Origin: an uncultured Dechloromonas sp.
GTDB lineage: Bacteria > Pseudomonadota > Gammaproteobacteria > Burkholderiales > Rhodocyclaceae
Direction of reading: 5' to 3'
NCBI GenBank assembly: GCA_964561415.1
Contig: CAZLPR010000001.1
Span: 1-49,146 of the forward strand
Length of the DNA stretch: 49,146 nucleotides
Made by a program: the position numbers and the translations under genes. The notes beneath the pieces are model-generated. The model had not been told where the DNA came from. It was given only the letters and a program-made list of their open reading frames with translations, and did not search any database. This document shows positions 8,349-18,615 of the stretch, piece after piece (position 1 is the stretch's first letter; every line of letters begins with the position of its first letter).

Positions 8349-10496
8349 TCAACCTAACTGCAGGAGCGAGTCAAACAGCTTTGATCCGATATCAAGAATC
8401 TTGGCTGAGGCTTGATAGGCCTGCTGAAAACGAATCATATTGGCTGCTTCTTCATCAAGATTCACACCGGAAAGCGCATCCCGCGCTGCTCGCACTTGAG
8501 TCAAAGCATTTTCCTGAGCTGCACCAACCGCCTTAAGTTCGCGGGTTTTGATCCCCACATTTGCCACGCTTTCAGCAAAGGCTGTCTGGAAGGTCGCCCG
8601 GCCACCAGCAACCGTATTCTGGATTTGTAACTTGCCCAAGGCCAGTGAGTTTCGGCCATCAGTCGTTGCTGCGGAATTACGCTCAAGCTTGAATGTATCG
8701 CCATTATTCGGGGTTCCGGTCATCACAAAACTCATGCCGGAAACTGAAATAGCCATGCCCTGCGTGTAATCAATCAAACTTGACGTGCTGGTCGCGGGCG
8801 GAACGACTGCCGGGACAGTCAACGTTTGATCGGCCCCACCCGGCGCTTTGTAGGTAATAACCTGTCCAGCTGCAAGCCCTGTCAAATTCAGTTGATTGGT
8901 AGCCCCGGAAACATAGGCGACACTAATGCCACTTACCGGCAATAAGCTGGTAGAAAACCCTTCCGTACCCGTTCCCCCAGAAATTGCACCGGAACCGGTG
9001 TTGCCAACACTGGCGCTTGTTCTGAAAGGAAGCGCCGCAGCGATTGTTCTCGAATCCGCGGCAATTATTGCGTTGACCGTAAGACTTTGAGCTGCAGTTT
9101 TGGTTGGCTGGATAAGATAACTATTGCCAACGTTATCAGTTCCAGACAGGGAAATTGAAAACCCTTCATCGTTGGCTACCTGTGCCGATAATGCATCAAG
9201 GGCTGTCGTTGCTCCCGCAAACACCCATTGTGCGTTATCACTGGCTCGCGTCACGGTATAGCCAGTATCCGGTAACGTTGAGGCAACGGCAGACCACTGC
9301 TCGTTATCATTCAAGCGGTTTAAGGCATAACCACTTGCCGTATTGCTCAAACGATAGTCACTTGTCGTGAGCTTAGTGTAAAAATTACCATCTGCTCCAC
9401 TAAAACTCGGTGCAGCGAAACCAGCTGAAACAGTCGCGGTGCCGGTATTACTCAAATTGGCCGTGACCGTCGGTTTCAGTGCTGCCATTGAGAAAAAATC
9501 GGCCGTAAAACCAGCGTCACCACTAGCCTGACCGAGCAAATTTTGGCCCGCTGCATGCTGTGCGTTGAAAGTCAGGGCCATTGAGGCGGCAAGCCGCCCG
9601 AGTTCATTCTCTGTACGGCCCAATGTTTCGCTACGGAATTTTAGCAAGCCACCTAATACACCACCGCTAATCAGACTTTCCGGCAGTTCATTAGCCGTCC
9701 CGATTCCAGCTTGGTAGCCTACGACAACTTTTGTCGGATCGGTTGCCGATGGCTGTGCCGTAAACGTCATTGCCTGAGTGCCAATCACCAAAGGCTGCCC
9801 ACTGCCGACAAACAGGCTCAAGCTGCCATCCGAATTTGTGGTCGGGCTGATCTTGATCAGCTGATTGAGTTCATTGATCAACTGGCCACGCTGATCACGC
9901 AGGTCATTGGCTGGCTGGCTATAGGCGGACTCGGTGATAACAATGCGTTGATTCAAGGCCGAGATTTGTTCAGCAAAGGAGTTAATGCCGTTGACCGCAT
10001 CTTCAATTCGTCCATTCACGTCGTTTCTCAACTCATCCAGGCGACCGTCAATCAAACGGAATTGGGAACCCAGCACTTCGGCCGACGAAATCATCGACTG
10101 ACGAGCCGACAGCAGAGAAGGGTTAGCCGCAACCTCCTGAACGCCGTTAAAAAAGTCTTGCAATACCGGTGTCAAACCAGCACTCGGGTCTGCCATCAGG
10201 TTATCGATTTGCGATATTTGGGCATAGTAGGCATCTATCTCGCTGAGCTTGCTCTGTGCCGAATCAACCTGAGCTGACAAAAATTTGTCATACATCCGTT
10301 GAATCGTGACGACATCCGTCCCCTGCCCCACCGAACCATGCCCCTCTGCCAAACCGACACGTGCGGTCTGTATGGTGCTCTGGCGGGTGTACCCCGGCGT
10401 GCTGGCATTAGTCACATTATGCTCAGTCGTCTGCAAGCCCAGTTGGGCTGCCGCCAGACCGCTAACACCAATACCTAAAAATCCTGTGCTCATCAT
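8349..10496 (-). CDS. flgK: Hook-associated protein 1 FlgK
   Basis: HNVTNASTPGYTRQ; SGVNLDEEAANMIRFQQAYQASAK. Confidence 0.96.
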   Translation of the reverse strand: MMSTGFLGIGVSGLAAAQLGLQTTEHNVTNASTPGYTRQSTIQTARVGLAEGHGSVGQGTDVVTIQRMYDKFLSAQVDSAQSKLSEIDAYYAQISQIDNLMADPSAGLTPVLQDFFNGVQEVAANPSLLSARQSMISSAEVLGSQFRLIDGRLDELRNDVNGRIEDAVNGINSFAEQISALNQRIVITESAYSQPANDLRDQRGQLINELNQLIKISPTTNSDGSLSLFVGSGQPLVIGTQAMTFTAQPSATDPTKVVVGYQAGIGTANELPESLISGGVLGGLLKFRSETLGRTENELGRLAASMALTFNAQHAAGQNLLGQASGDAGFTADFFSMAALKPTVTANLSNTGTATVSAGFAAPSFSGADGNFYTKLTTSDYRLSNTASGYALNRLNDNEQWSAVASTLPDTGYTVTRASDNAQWVFAGATTALDALSAQVANDEGFSISLSGTDNVGNSYLIQPTKTAAQSLTVNAIIAADSRTIAAALPFRTSASVGNTGSGAISGGTGTEGFSTSLLPVSGISVAYVSGATNQLNLTGLAAGQVITYKAPGGADQTLTVPAVVPPATSTSSLIDYTQGMAISVSGMSFVMTGTPNNGDTFKLERNSAATTDGRNSLALGKLQIQNTVAGGRATFQTAFAESVANVGIKTRELKAVGAAQENALTQVRAARDALSGVNLDEEAANMIRFQQAYQASAKILDIGSKLFDSLLQLG

Positions 10497-10510
10497 TCAC
10501 CTCTAGGAGG

Positions 10511-10537
10511 TTTACGGCTAAATCACCGTAAAGTTTA
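10511..10537 (-). promoter_or_regulatory. Putative sigma28 promoter for flgKL
   Basis: Minus strand TAAACTTT-N11-GCCGTAAA versus consensus TAAAGTTT-N11-GCCGATAA. Confidence 0.7.
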
Positions 10538-10545
10538 GGCGGTGA

Positions 10546-11514
10546 TCAACCGATCAGTGCCTGCCGCAGAGTCGGGCCATTGATGATGCGTGAGAGCTTG
10601 TCTGCATACATCGGATCCGTGGCGTAACCTGCCTGTTGTAATCCTTTAGCAAACTCTGTGCCATTTTGCGAGCCGATGACTGCGCTATAGCGTGAATTGT
10701 TGCGCAGAAGACTGGCGTAATCGCGGAAAGACTCTTCGTAGGAGGCGTAAGCACGGAAGCGTTCAACTTGCTGCTGCGGCTGTCCATTGACGTATTCGGT
10801 TGTCGTCGCCTCGACCGTGGCTCCGGTCCAGTTTTTCCCCGCCTTGATACCAAAAAGATTATGGCTGGATGAGCCATCCGCCTGGCGAATTTCGCTCTTT
10901 CCCCAGCCGCTTTCGAGCGCCGAATGAGCAACCAAAAATTGGGGTGGAATTCCGGTTGACCGCGACACTTCGACGGCATGCGGCCAAACCCGGTCTACGA
11001 ATGCCTTGGCGTTGGCCGGCACCTCGGCGCTGCCCGTTGCCGGCACGTTGCTCGCCGCAGTAGCTGCGTATGCGGCTGAGGTCGGCAAGCTACTGAGCAC
11101 CGTCTTATAGTTGAGATGGCGACCATCCGAGGCGGTAAGCGGCAAAGGATTGCCGGCAGCGTTTGCCGCTTCGGCTGGTGCGGACAAGGCTTCGGCGCCG
11201 GGAATATTTCGGCCGAGTTGCTGTTCGATCAGTTTGGCGAAGCCGATGCCTTTGCCGCTGGTGGACAAATTCTGGGCCATTTGCTGATCGAGCATGCCGG
11301 TGTAAAAGCGCGACTGGTCACTGTTGAGCAAGCCGTCCTGCGGCACGGTGTCCCGCATACTCTTCATGACCATTTGCAGAAAGAGCGTTTCAAATTGCTG
11401 GGCCGCCGCCTTGAGGCCTTGTTGCGGATTTTTCGCAAACTGGGTGCGCAAATCCTGGGCAGACTGGACATCGAAAGCCGCGCGGTTTGGCAAGTCTTGA
11501 ATTTTGATCGTCAT
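10546..11514 (-). CDS. flgJ: Rod cap / peptidoglycan hydrolase FlgJ
   Basis: AAQQFETLFLQMVMKSMR rod-binding domain plus glucosaminidase domain (ALESGWG, NLFGIKA, GYATDP); start could be 11526. Confidence 0.96.
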   Translation of the reverse strand: MTIKIQDLPNRAAFDVQSAQDLRTQFAKNPQQGLKAAAQQFETLFLQMVMKSMRDTVPQDGLLNSDQSRFYTGMLDQQMAQNLSTSGKGIGFAKLIEQQLGRNIPGAEALSAPAEAANAAGNPLPLTASDGRHLNYKTVLSSLPTSAAYAATAASNVPATGSAEVPANAKAFVDRVWPHAVEVSRSTGIPPQFLVAHSALESGWGKSEIRQADGSSSHNLFGIKAGKNWTGATVEATTTEYVNGQPQQQVERFRAYASYEESFRDYASLLRNNSRYSAVIGSQNGTEFAKGLQQAGYATDPMYADKLSRIINGPTLRQALIG

Positions 11515-11522
11515 GGCGGGGA

Positions 11523-12617
11523 TCAAAGAATTTCAAGATCAGCGCGCAAAGCGCCGGAGGCTTTTAGTGCCTGCAAGATAGCCAGCAAATCGAGCGGATT
11601 GGCACCGAGCGCATTCAGTGCCTTGACCACGTCAGCCAGATTAGCACTGGCCTTAACGCTGATCAGGCTACCGCTGTCCTGCTTGATTTGAATATCAGCC
11701 CCCTGCCCTTGCTCAGGTTGTGCAGCACCTACCACGACCGAAAGACTGCCATGAGCAACAGCACAGGATTCCAGGGTCACCTTATCCGTCATGACCACCG
11801 AACCGGTGCGCGGATTGACGATGACCTTGGCCGCGCCGGCAACGCGCTGGACTTCAAGATTTTCAATTCGCCCCAGGAAGGCAACACGCGCATCCGCGTC
11901 ATCCGGTGCCCGGACTGCGATGCGCCGGCCGTCGACCGCCTTCGCCGTCCCCGGAGTCATGCTCCGATTAATCGCATCGACGACATTCTGAACCGTGCCA
12001 AAGTCAGACTCGGCCAGTTCGTAATAAACATAGCCGCCCTGCCCGAGTGCCGTCACAACGGCCCGTTCAACCGTAGCGCCACCGGGAATTCTACCGGCCG
12101 AAAGATGGTTGACCGTAACCTTTGCCCCCCCCGCGCCGGCGCCAACGCCACCGACCAGAATATTGCCCTGCGCGACAGCATAAACCTGACCATCCGCCCC
12201 CTTGAGCGGTGTCATCAGCAAGGTGCCGCCGCGCAAACTTTTGGCGTTACCGAGCGAGGAGACGGTCACGTCAATCGCCTGGCCGGGCCGGGCAAACGGC
12301 GGTAGGCTGGTGGTAATCATCACCGCCGCGACATTCTTCAACTGCAACTTCAGGGATTGTTCCTGCGTCAGATTGATGCCCATTTGCGACAGCATGTTGC
12401 CGATCGCCTGGGTGGTAAAAGGCGTCTGTGTCGTCTGGTCGCCCGTATTATCGAGCCCCGCGACAATGCCATAACCGATCAACTGGTTATTTCGCACACC
12501 TTGTACGCTGGCCAAATCCTTGATCCGCTCGGCAAATGCTGAATGGCTCCAGAACGGCAAGACGCAAACGGTAAGTATTGCCGCTTGCCTGAACCATCTG
12601 CCGCTTTTCGTAATCAT
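11523..12617 (-). CDS. flgI: P-ring protein FlgI
   Basis: RIKDLASVQGVRNNQLIGYG; SLRGGTLLMTPL. Confidence 0.97.
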   Translation of the reverse strand: MITKSGRWFRQAAILTVCVLPFWSHSAFAERIKDLASVQGVRNNQLIGYGIVAGLDNTGDQTTQTPFTTQAIGNMLSQMGINLTQEQSLKLQLKNVAAVMITTSLPPFARPGQAIDVTVSSLGNAKSLRGGTLLMTPLKGADGQVYAVAQGNILVGGVGAGAGGAKVTVNHLSAGRIPGGATVERAVVTALGQGGYVYYELAESDFGTVQNVVDAINRSMTPGTAKAVDGRRIAVRAPDDADARVAFLGRIENLEVQRVAGAAKVIVNPRTGSVVMTDKVTLESCAVAHGSLSVVVGAAQPEQGQGADIQIKQDSGSLISVKASANLADVVKALNALGANPLDLLAILQALKASGALRADLEIL

Positions 12618-12640
12618 GATCTGCCTTCTCGAGAAGTTTC

Positions 12641-13297
12641 CTAGAATGGCAGTACATTAAGAAAGAATCGTGCCATCCAGCCCATGACCTGGCCTTCGCT
12701 GATTTGACCGGCCGATTTGTATTCAATACGGGCATCGGCGATTTTCGAGGAAGCGACCGTATTAAAGGCATCGACAAAGCTTGGATTAATCACCCCGGAG
12801 ACACGAACAAACTCCTGCTCATTGCCAATGGCCAGTTGCTTTTCCCCGGAGACCAGCAAATTACCGTTTGGCATGACATCGATCACGGTCACCGTAATGT
12901 TGCCGGTGAACACATTATTGTTGGCCGCCTCCCCCTTGCCGCTGAACGCAGTCGAACTGGTTGCACCCAGATCAAGGCCAAGCAAACCCTTACCCGGCAA
13001 GCCACTCAAAGAGGTAATTGATGCTTTCTGGGTGTTCGACTTATCTACCTTGTTGTTCGACTTAGCCGAAGCGGTGGTGCTTTCTGTGATATTTACCGTG
13101 ATCGTATCGCCCACGTAGCGGGCTCGCCTATCTTCAAAAAGCGGGCGCGTCGCGCCGGCCTGAAAAATTGCCCCATTGCCCGCACTGGCTTCAAAACGCG
13201 GTGCCGGGCGAGCTGTCATGGGTTGGTGAACATTAGTCGGCGGCACCGTGGTACAGGCTGCGGTGAAAACCAGGGCAATCAGGCTGAGGCGTTTCAT
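12641..13297 (-). CDS. flgH: L-ring lipoprotein FlgH
   Basis: Lipobox TAA-C; LFEDRRARYVGD; NGNLLVSGEK; ends PF. Confidence 0.97.
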   Translation of the reverse strand: MKRLSLIALVFTAACTTVPPTNVHQPMTARPAPRFEASAGNGAIFQAGATRPLFEDRRARYVGDTITVNITESTTASAKSNNKVDKSNTQKASITSLSGLPGKGLLGLDLGATSSTAFSGKGEAANNNVFTGNITVTVIDVMPNGNLLVSGEKQLAIGNEQEFVRVSGVINPSFVDAFNTVASSKIADARIEYKSAGQISEGQVMGWMARFFLNVLPF

Positions 13298-13306
13298 TGC
13301 GTCATC

Positions 13307-14089
13307 TCACAATTGTGTCAGACGGCCAAGCATGGCATCTGAAGTCGAGATGACTTTTGAATTTAGCTCATAAGCCCGCTGGGTCTGGATCATCGTCACC
13401 AATTCTTCCGCCACGTTGACATTGGAGGTTTCGACGTAGCCCTGGTTGACCACCCCCGCCCCGTTCGTGCCCGGCGTATTCGGCGTCGGCGTGCCACTGG
13501 CTGCCGTTTCAAGAAACAAGTTCTGGCCCGCCCGTTGCAGGCCACCCGGATTTACAAAAGTGGCAAGCTGGATACTGCCGATTTGCGTTGCCGCGGCAGT
13601 CCCGGCCTGCGTGATAGAAACCGTGCCATCAGTACCAATCGTCACACTCGTCGCGGTGGCTGGGATGGTAATCGCCGGCTGCAATGGATAACCGTTCGAA
13701 GTGACGATCTGCCCCTGATTATCTTTCTGAAAAGAACCGTCGCGGGTATAACCTGTCGTTCCATCGGGCAGCAGTATCTGGAAAAAACCATCGCCCTGCG
13801 CCGCCAAATCCAGCGCGTTGTCCGTTTTTTGCAGATTGCCCTGAGTAAAAATTGAGGCTGTAGACACCGGACGGACGCCGGTGCCGAGTTGCAGGCCATT
13901 CGGAATCTGCGTTTGTTGCGATGACTGCGCCCCTGGTTGCCGCAAGGTCTGGTAAAGCAGATCTTCAAATACCGCCCGCGAGCGTTTAAAGCCATTACTG
14001 CTGACATTGGCTAAATTGTTGGCGATAACGTCGAGTTGGGTTTGTTGGGCATCGAGGCCGGTACGGGCAATCCACAGGGAACGGATCAT
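13307..14089 (-). CDS. flgG: Distal rod protein FlgG
   Basis: 260 aa; ANNLAN; FEDLLYQ; [10 protein letters not shown]. Confidence 0.98.
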   Translation of the reverse strand: MIRSLWIARTGLDAQQTQLDVIANNLANVSSNGFKRSRAVFEDLLYQTLRQPGAQSSQQTQIPNGLQLGTGVRPVSTASIFTQGNLQKTDNALDLAAQGDGFFQILLPDGTTGYTRDGSFQKDNQGQIVTSNGYPLQPAITIPATATSVTIGTDGTVSITQAGTAAATQIGSIQLATFVNPGGLQRAGQNLFLETAASGTPTPNTPGTNGAGVVNQGYVETSNVNVAEELVTMIQTQRAYELNSKVISTSDAMLGRLTQL

Positions 14090-14099
14090 GATGGTCCTA

Positions 14100-14843
14100 T
14101 CAGGAATTCATTGACAGCAGCTGGTCAGCGCGCTGGGCATTGGTATCGGCTGTCTGCAGCATCTTGATCTGCATCTCGAACTGGCGGGAGAGGCTGATCA
14201 GATTGACCATGGCATCACTCACATTGACGTTGCTACCCTCAAGCGTACCGGGCGAAACCTTGACGTTTTCATCGGCTGGCGCCGGTTGACCGTCGCGCAA
14301 ACGGAACAGGCCATCGGCACCGCGCACCAAGTCAGCTTCAGGGGGATTAACCAGCTTGAGGCGGCCAATGGCGTTGGCGTTATTCGGCGTACCAGTCGTT
14401 GGCACCACGGAAACCGTGCCATCCGGCGCGATTTCAACCCGGTTATCGGGCGGAATATTGATCGGCCCGCCATCACCGGCAACCGGATAACCGCCCTTCG
14501 TTTGCAACAACCCGGTCACATCAACATCCAGGCTACCGGCCCGTGTGTATGCTTCGCTGCCATCCGGCAACTGCACGGCCAGCCAGCCACGCCCTTGAAC
14601 CGCTACATCCAGATTGCGCCCAGTGAACATCAACGGGCCTTCGTCTAAAACATCACTGACTGACGCGTCGACCACAAAAGCCCGCGTTGGCATGCCTTCG
14701 CCCAGCACCGGCACGGCGCGAAAACGATGCTCCTGCGCCTTGAAACCAACGGTGCTGGCATTGGCGAGGTTATTCGCGGTGCCCGCCTGCTGCATGAAAA
14801 CATGCTTGGCGCCGGTCATTGCGGTGTAAATCAAACGGTCCAT
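14100..14843 (-). CDS. flgF: Proximal rod protein FlgF
   Basis: [12 protein letters not shown]; ANNLANAST; LEGSNV. Confidence 0.97.
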   Translation of the reverse strand: MDRLIYTAMTGAKHVFMQQAGTANNLANASTVGFKAQEHRFRAVPVLGEGMPTRAFVVDASVSDVLDEGPLMFTGRNLDVAVQGRGWLAVQLPDGSEAYTRAGSLDVDVTGLLQTKGGYPVAGDGGPINIPPDNRVEIAPDGTVSVVPTTGTPNNANAIGRLKLVNPPEADLVRGADGLFRLRDGQPAPADENVKVSPGTLEGSNVNVSDAMVNLISLSRQFEMQIKMLQTADTNAQRADQLLSMNS

Positions 14844-14864
14844 GTCAGCGGCTCAGTTTGTCAA

Positions 14865-16205
14865 TTAACGAAGATTGATCAGTGTTTGCAAAATCTGATC
14901 CTGTGTCTTGATCGACTGTGCATTCGCCTGATAGTTACGTTGCTGGATGATCATGTTGACCAGTTCCGCGCTCATATCGACGTTGGATTCTTCGACGCGG
15001 CCCGAACCGATTGTGCCATTCAGGCCGTCACCCGGACCAGCTAGCGCCGCCTGACCGGAATCAATGGTCTCACTCCACAGATTGTCACCCACCGAGGCCA
15101 GGCCATTTGGATTACGGAAAGTTGCAAGAATGACTTTACCAAGATCGCGAGTTTCGCCGTTGGTATAGCGCCCCTGAACAATGCCATCCGTACTCACCGA
15201 TACACTGGCAATTTCCCCCGGAGGAGAACCATCCTGAGTGATTTCAAACACAGCCGAGGCAGAACGCCGCTGCGTGAAATTACTCAGATCAAGGTCAAAT
15301 AGCAACGGATCGGAGCCGGTACCCAGGGTAGTCGATGAGACCGAAACACGAATTGGGTTGTCGGTGCTAACTGCTGAATCAAACCCCCCAAAAGATGAAT
15401 TAAAGCCGATCCGGCTAGCTGCCGTGCCTAGCGGAGCATCAGTCCCGGTTAAAGCACTACCATCAAACGTCACATAGACATCCCATGGATTCGGCTCTGC
15501 AGGAGGCCCCACAACCGCCGTTCGTTTCGCAAAGAACATACTTACCGAATGCTGATTTCCCAAGCTGTCATACACCGCTGCAGATGTCGTGAAACTGTAG
15601 GTGCTGGGGTTAGTTTGATCGAATGGGGCCGTCACCGGATCAATGACATCTGACGCCGAATCAAGATTCCCCCGCACCACCACTGCATCGCCATCAGGAG
15701 CGAGGTCACCATTTACATCACCGCCACCGGTTGCCTTGGCACCGATACCATTTGGCGGCACCAAAATGGGCCGAGGTGTTGTACTGCCGATAAATGCCAC
15801 AGTTCCATCTGCATTCACCGTTTGGTAGCCCATCAGGCGCTCACCCAAGGGGGTCACGATATAGCCATCCTTATCCAGATCAAACTGACCGTTACGTGAA
15901 TAAGCCGTTGAACCATTATTGCGTTCGATCTGGAAAAAACCATTGCCACCAATAGCCATATCCAGAGGGTTATTGGTGGCTGTCGTCGCACCCTGCGTAA
16001 AAGCCTGGCGAACAGCCAGTGTATTCCCGCCCATGCCGACCTGAAGATTTGAAACCCCGCCACCCATCGCTGCAGCGAAAGTATCCGAAAATACGGTGCT
16101 ACTCGCTTTGAAACCGACGGTCGATGAATTCGCCACGTTACTTGAGATAACGTCCAGCGCACGAGAAGAAGCGCCCAGACCGCTTAGACCTTGTTGGAAT
16201 GCCAT
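14865..16205 (-). CDS. flgE: Hook protein FlgE
   Basis: GLSGL..NVANSSTVGFK; YDSLGN; QRNYQANAQSIKTQD. Confidence 0.97.
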   Translation of the reverse strand: MAFQQGLSGLGASSRALDVISSNVANSSTVGFKASSTVFSDTFAAAMGGGVSNLQVGMGGNTLAVRQAFTQGATTATNNPLDMAIGGNGFFQIERNNGSTAYSRNGQFDLDKDGYIVTPLGERLMGYQTVNADGTVAFIGSTTPRPILVPPNGIGAKATGGGDVNGDLAPDGDAVVVRGNLDSASDVIDPVTAPFDQTNPSTYSFTTSAAVYDSLGNQHSVSMFFAKRTAVVGPPAEPNPWDVYVTFDGSALTGTDAPLGTAASRIGFNSSFGGFDSAVSTDNPIRVSVSSTTLGTGSDPLLFDLDLSNFTQRRSASAVFEITQDGSPPGEIASVSVSTDGIVQGRYTNGETRDLGKVILATFRNPNGLASVGDNLWSETIDSGQAALAGPGDGLNGTIGSGRVEESNVDMSAELVNMIIQQRNYQANAQSIKTQDQILQTLINLR

Positions 16206-16216
16206 GATGAACTCCG

Positions 16217-16891
16217 TTAATTCATGATCTGTAAAATATCGCTGTAGGCCGCTGATTTGTTGTTTGACAACTGCAACGACACTCCGCTAGCTGCCAGAGT
16301 AATAGCATTTACCGTGCCAAGTTCGAGTGGCGAGCTATTGACCGACGCCTCGGCATTAGCGGCCTCAACCTTGAAGGTGTACTTTCCCGCAGGCAAGGCC
16401 TCTTCCGCATCCGATTGACCGTCCCACACGAAATTCACGACGCCAGCAGCCTGCTTTCCGAGTTCCTGTGTCTGCACGACTTTGCCGCTGGCATCACTGA
16501 TTGTGACAGTAACGCGCGCAGCGGCCTCCTCAAGATTGACTCCGCCAATTGCACCATACTCGCTTAGCTCAAGGCCGTTGCCGGCAGTTAATACCGCTTT
16601 GCCGATCATTGCTGCCGCTTGCATGTTTTGGGTGCTGGCGTAACTGCTCAGCAGTTTGTCCATACTGGCGTTTAGTTTTTCGATTCCGCTGACGGTGCTG
16701 ATTTGCGAAAGTTGCGCCGTCATTTGATTGGCATCGGTCGGATTCAAAGGATCCTGATTTTTCAATTGCGTCATCAACAAGCTCAAAAACCGAGTTTCCA
16801 TATCCTCGGCGGCTGTCGTTTTGGTCGCGGAGTCTTGCGAACCCGTAATACCGGAGGTACTGGATGTATTCGTGACACTACTGGTAGCCAT
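16217..16891 (-). CDS. flgD: Hook capping protein FlgD
   Basis: FLSLLMTQLKNQDPLNP; FVWDG. Confidence 0.96.
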   Translation of the reverse strand: MATSSVTNTSSTSGITGSQDSATKTTAAEDMETRFLSLLMTQLKNQDPLNPTDANQMTAQLSQISTVSGIEKLNASMDKLLSSYASTQNMQAAAMIGKAVLTAGNGLELSEYGAIGGVNLEEAAARVTVTISDASGKVVQTQELGKQAAGVVNFVWDGQSDAEEALPAGKYTFKVEAANAEASVNSSPLELGTVNAITLAASGVSLQLSNNKSAAYSDILQIMN

Positions 16892-16905
16892 TTTTTATTT
16901 CTCCT

Positions 16906-17319
16906 TTAACCCTGCCCGATCTGCAAAGTACGCAGCATCATCGACTTGGCTGTATTCATAACCTCAACATTCGTCTGATAAGAACGCGAGGCAGAAATCA
17001 TATTGGTCATTTCTTCGACCGCATTGACGTTAGGGAAGGCGACGTAACCTCTTTCATCAGCCGCCGGGTTTTTCGGGTCATAAACCATCCGGGGCGGCGA
17101 GGCGTCTTCCACCACCTGGCGGACGCGAACCCCCTTGCTGAGCTCACCATCTGTACCCATTGGCGTTGCCTCAAAAACGACTTGCTTGGCACGGTAAGGC
17201 TTGCCATCCGATGAAACGATACTGTCCGCATTCGCCAGATTGGAAGCAACGGCATTAAGCCGCATCGACTGCGCTGTCATCGCACTCGATGAAATATGAA
17301 AGACATTAAGCAGGCTCAT
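16906..17319 (-). CDS. flgC: Rod protein FlgC
   Basis: ASNLANADS; [15 protein letters not shown]. Confidence 0.97.
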   Translation of the reverse strand: MSLLNVFHISSSAMTAQSMRLNAVASNLANADSIVSSDGKPYRAKQVVFEATPMGTDGELSKGVRVRQVVEDASPPRMVYDPKNPAADERGYVAFPNVNAVEEMTNMISASRSYQTNVEVMNTAKSMMLRTLQIGQG

Positions 17320-17328
17320 AATCTTTCC

Positions 17329-17739
17329 TTAGCTGTTGGTCGAGGCAAGCGCACTGCGAATGCCCTGGAATTTATTGCTGATCAATTGGGTAAGAATCTG
17401 GTATTGCAGTGCATTCTCAGTAATGGCAGCCCGCTCAACATCCATATCGACCGTGTTGCCATCGACTGCCGACTGCGTTTCGGCGCGATACTGCAAGCCA
17501 CCCGCACCACCCACCCCAGAAGCCTGAATGTGCCCCTTCGCGGTTCTTGCCAAATCGACGCCGCCAGCGGGGTTACGCCCACCCATTGCATTCTGCATGG
17601 TCGCCTCAAAACTGAAGTCACGCGCCTTGTAATTAGGCGTATCGGCATTGGCAATATTCGATGCCAATACCTGATGACGCTGCGTCCGCAGATTCATTGC
17701 CTGGCTTAAAACGGAAATACTTTGCTCAAGACTTGCCAT
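17329..17739 (-). CDS. flgB: Rod protein FlgB
   Basis: ASNIANADTPNYKARD; DGNTVDMD; start placed at ATG 17739 after GGAG. Confidence 0.96.
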   Translation of the reverse strand: MASLEQSISVLSQAMNLRTQRHQVLASNIANADTPNYKARDFSFEATMQNAMGGRNPAGGVDLARTAKGHIQASGVGGAGGLQYRAETQSAVDGNTVDMDVERAAITENALQYQILTQLISNKFQGIRSALASTNS

Positions 17740-17768
17740 GATGCGCTCCCAATATTTGCTTGGATATA

Positions 17769-17784
17769 AGCACGCTTTATGCCA
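17769..17784 (-). promoter_or_regulatory. Putative sigma54 promoter for the flgB operon
   Basis: Minus strand TGGCAT-N5-GTGCT with -24/-12 spacing, about 30 nt upstream of flgB. Confidence 0.65.
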
Positions 17785-17873
17785 CCAAAACAGGTCGCGC
17801 ACTGATGCCAAAACATCGGGCGTTAAAGCCAAAAATTTGGCGCCCACCAACACAGATCAGGCAAAATAGAAAA

Positions 17874-18551
17874 ATGTTTACTCGCTTTTTCTTTCTCGCT
17901 CTCGCCCTGACACTCTCACCGTGGCTATTTTCCGCTGAAGACGAACTGGTCCTGGATACCGCCGAACGCTACGTCCGCTTGCAGACCCAGGGGCTGCCGG
18001 GGAAGATAAAGATTACGATGGGCAAGCTGGATGTCAGACGACTGCCGGCTTGCTCCGCACTTGAGGCTTTCTTGCCGCCCGGCACTCGCCTGAGCGGAAG
18101 AACCCATATCGGCGTTCGCTGCCTCGGGCCAAACATCTGGAGTGTTCTGGTGCCGGCACAAATTGCCGTTACCGGCAATTACGTCACGACCGTTCGGGCT
18201 CTGAGTGCCGGACAAACGCTGCGCGCCCAAGATTTGGCAACTCTTTCCGGTGATATATCCAGCCTGCCGACGGGCGTGGTTGTTAATCCCGCCAATGCCA
18301 TCGGCAAAACGTTGCGTAACTCGCTCGGCGCTGGCCAACCCTTACGTAGCGACCAACTGCTCGCCCCACGGGTGATACGTCAGGGTCAAACAGTTCGCGT
18401 CATCTCGAATGGACAAGGCTTCTCAGTGAGTAGCGAAGGCAAAGCGATTAACAATGCGGCCGCAGGCGAAGTTGCCCAAATTCGCATGAACACGGGCCAA
18501 ACCGTCAACGGCATTGCCCAAAATGACGGTAGTGTAGAAATTTCGTTTTAA
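17874..18551 (+). CDS. flgA: P-ring assembly chaperone FlgA
   Basis: Signal peptide, two Cys, SAF-like domain, GFSVSSEGKA; divergent from flgB and upstream of flgMN. Confidence 0.92.
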   Translation: MFTRFFFLALALTLSPWLFSAEDELVLDTAERYVRLQTQGLPGKIKITMGKLDVRRLPACSALEAFLPPGTRLSGRTHIGVRCLGPNIWSVLVPAQIAVTGNYVTTVRALSAGQTLRAQDLATLSGDISSLPTGVVVNPANAIGKTLRNSLGAGQPLRSDQLLAPRVIRQGQTVRVISNGQGFSVSSEGKAINNAAAGEVAQIRMNTGQTVNGIAQNDGSVEISF

Positions 18552-18554
18552 GGC

Positions 18555-18581
18555 TAAAGTTTTTTACCCCAAGGTCGTTAA
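18555..18581 (+). promoter_or_regulatory. Putative sigma28 promoter for flgMN
   Basis: TAAAGTTT-N11-GTCGTTAA: perfect -35 and correct spacer. Confidence 0.75.
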
Positions 18582-18615
18582 CCGCATTAAGTCATAAAGT
18601 TTCGAGAAGACCATC

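Noticed and set aside
17740-17873. Upstream extensions of flgB and flgA in the ORF track that overlap each other
   Set aside because: The real starts (17739 and 17874) fit family N-termini; the interval is a divergent promoter region. The same applies to the extensions of fliN, fliP, fliQ, fliR, flhG, motC and motA
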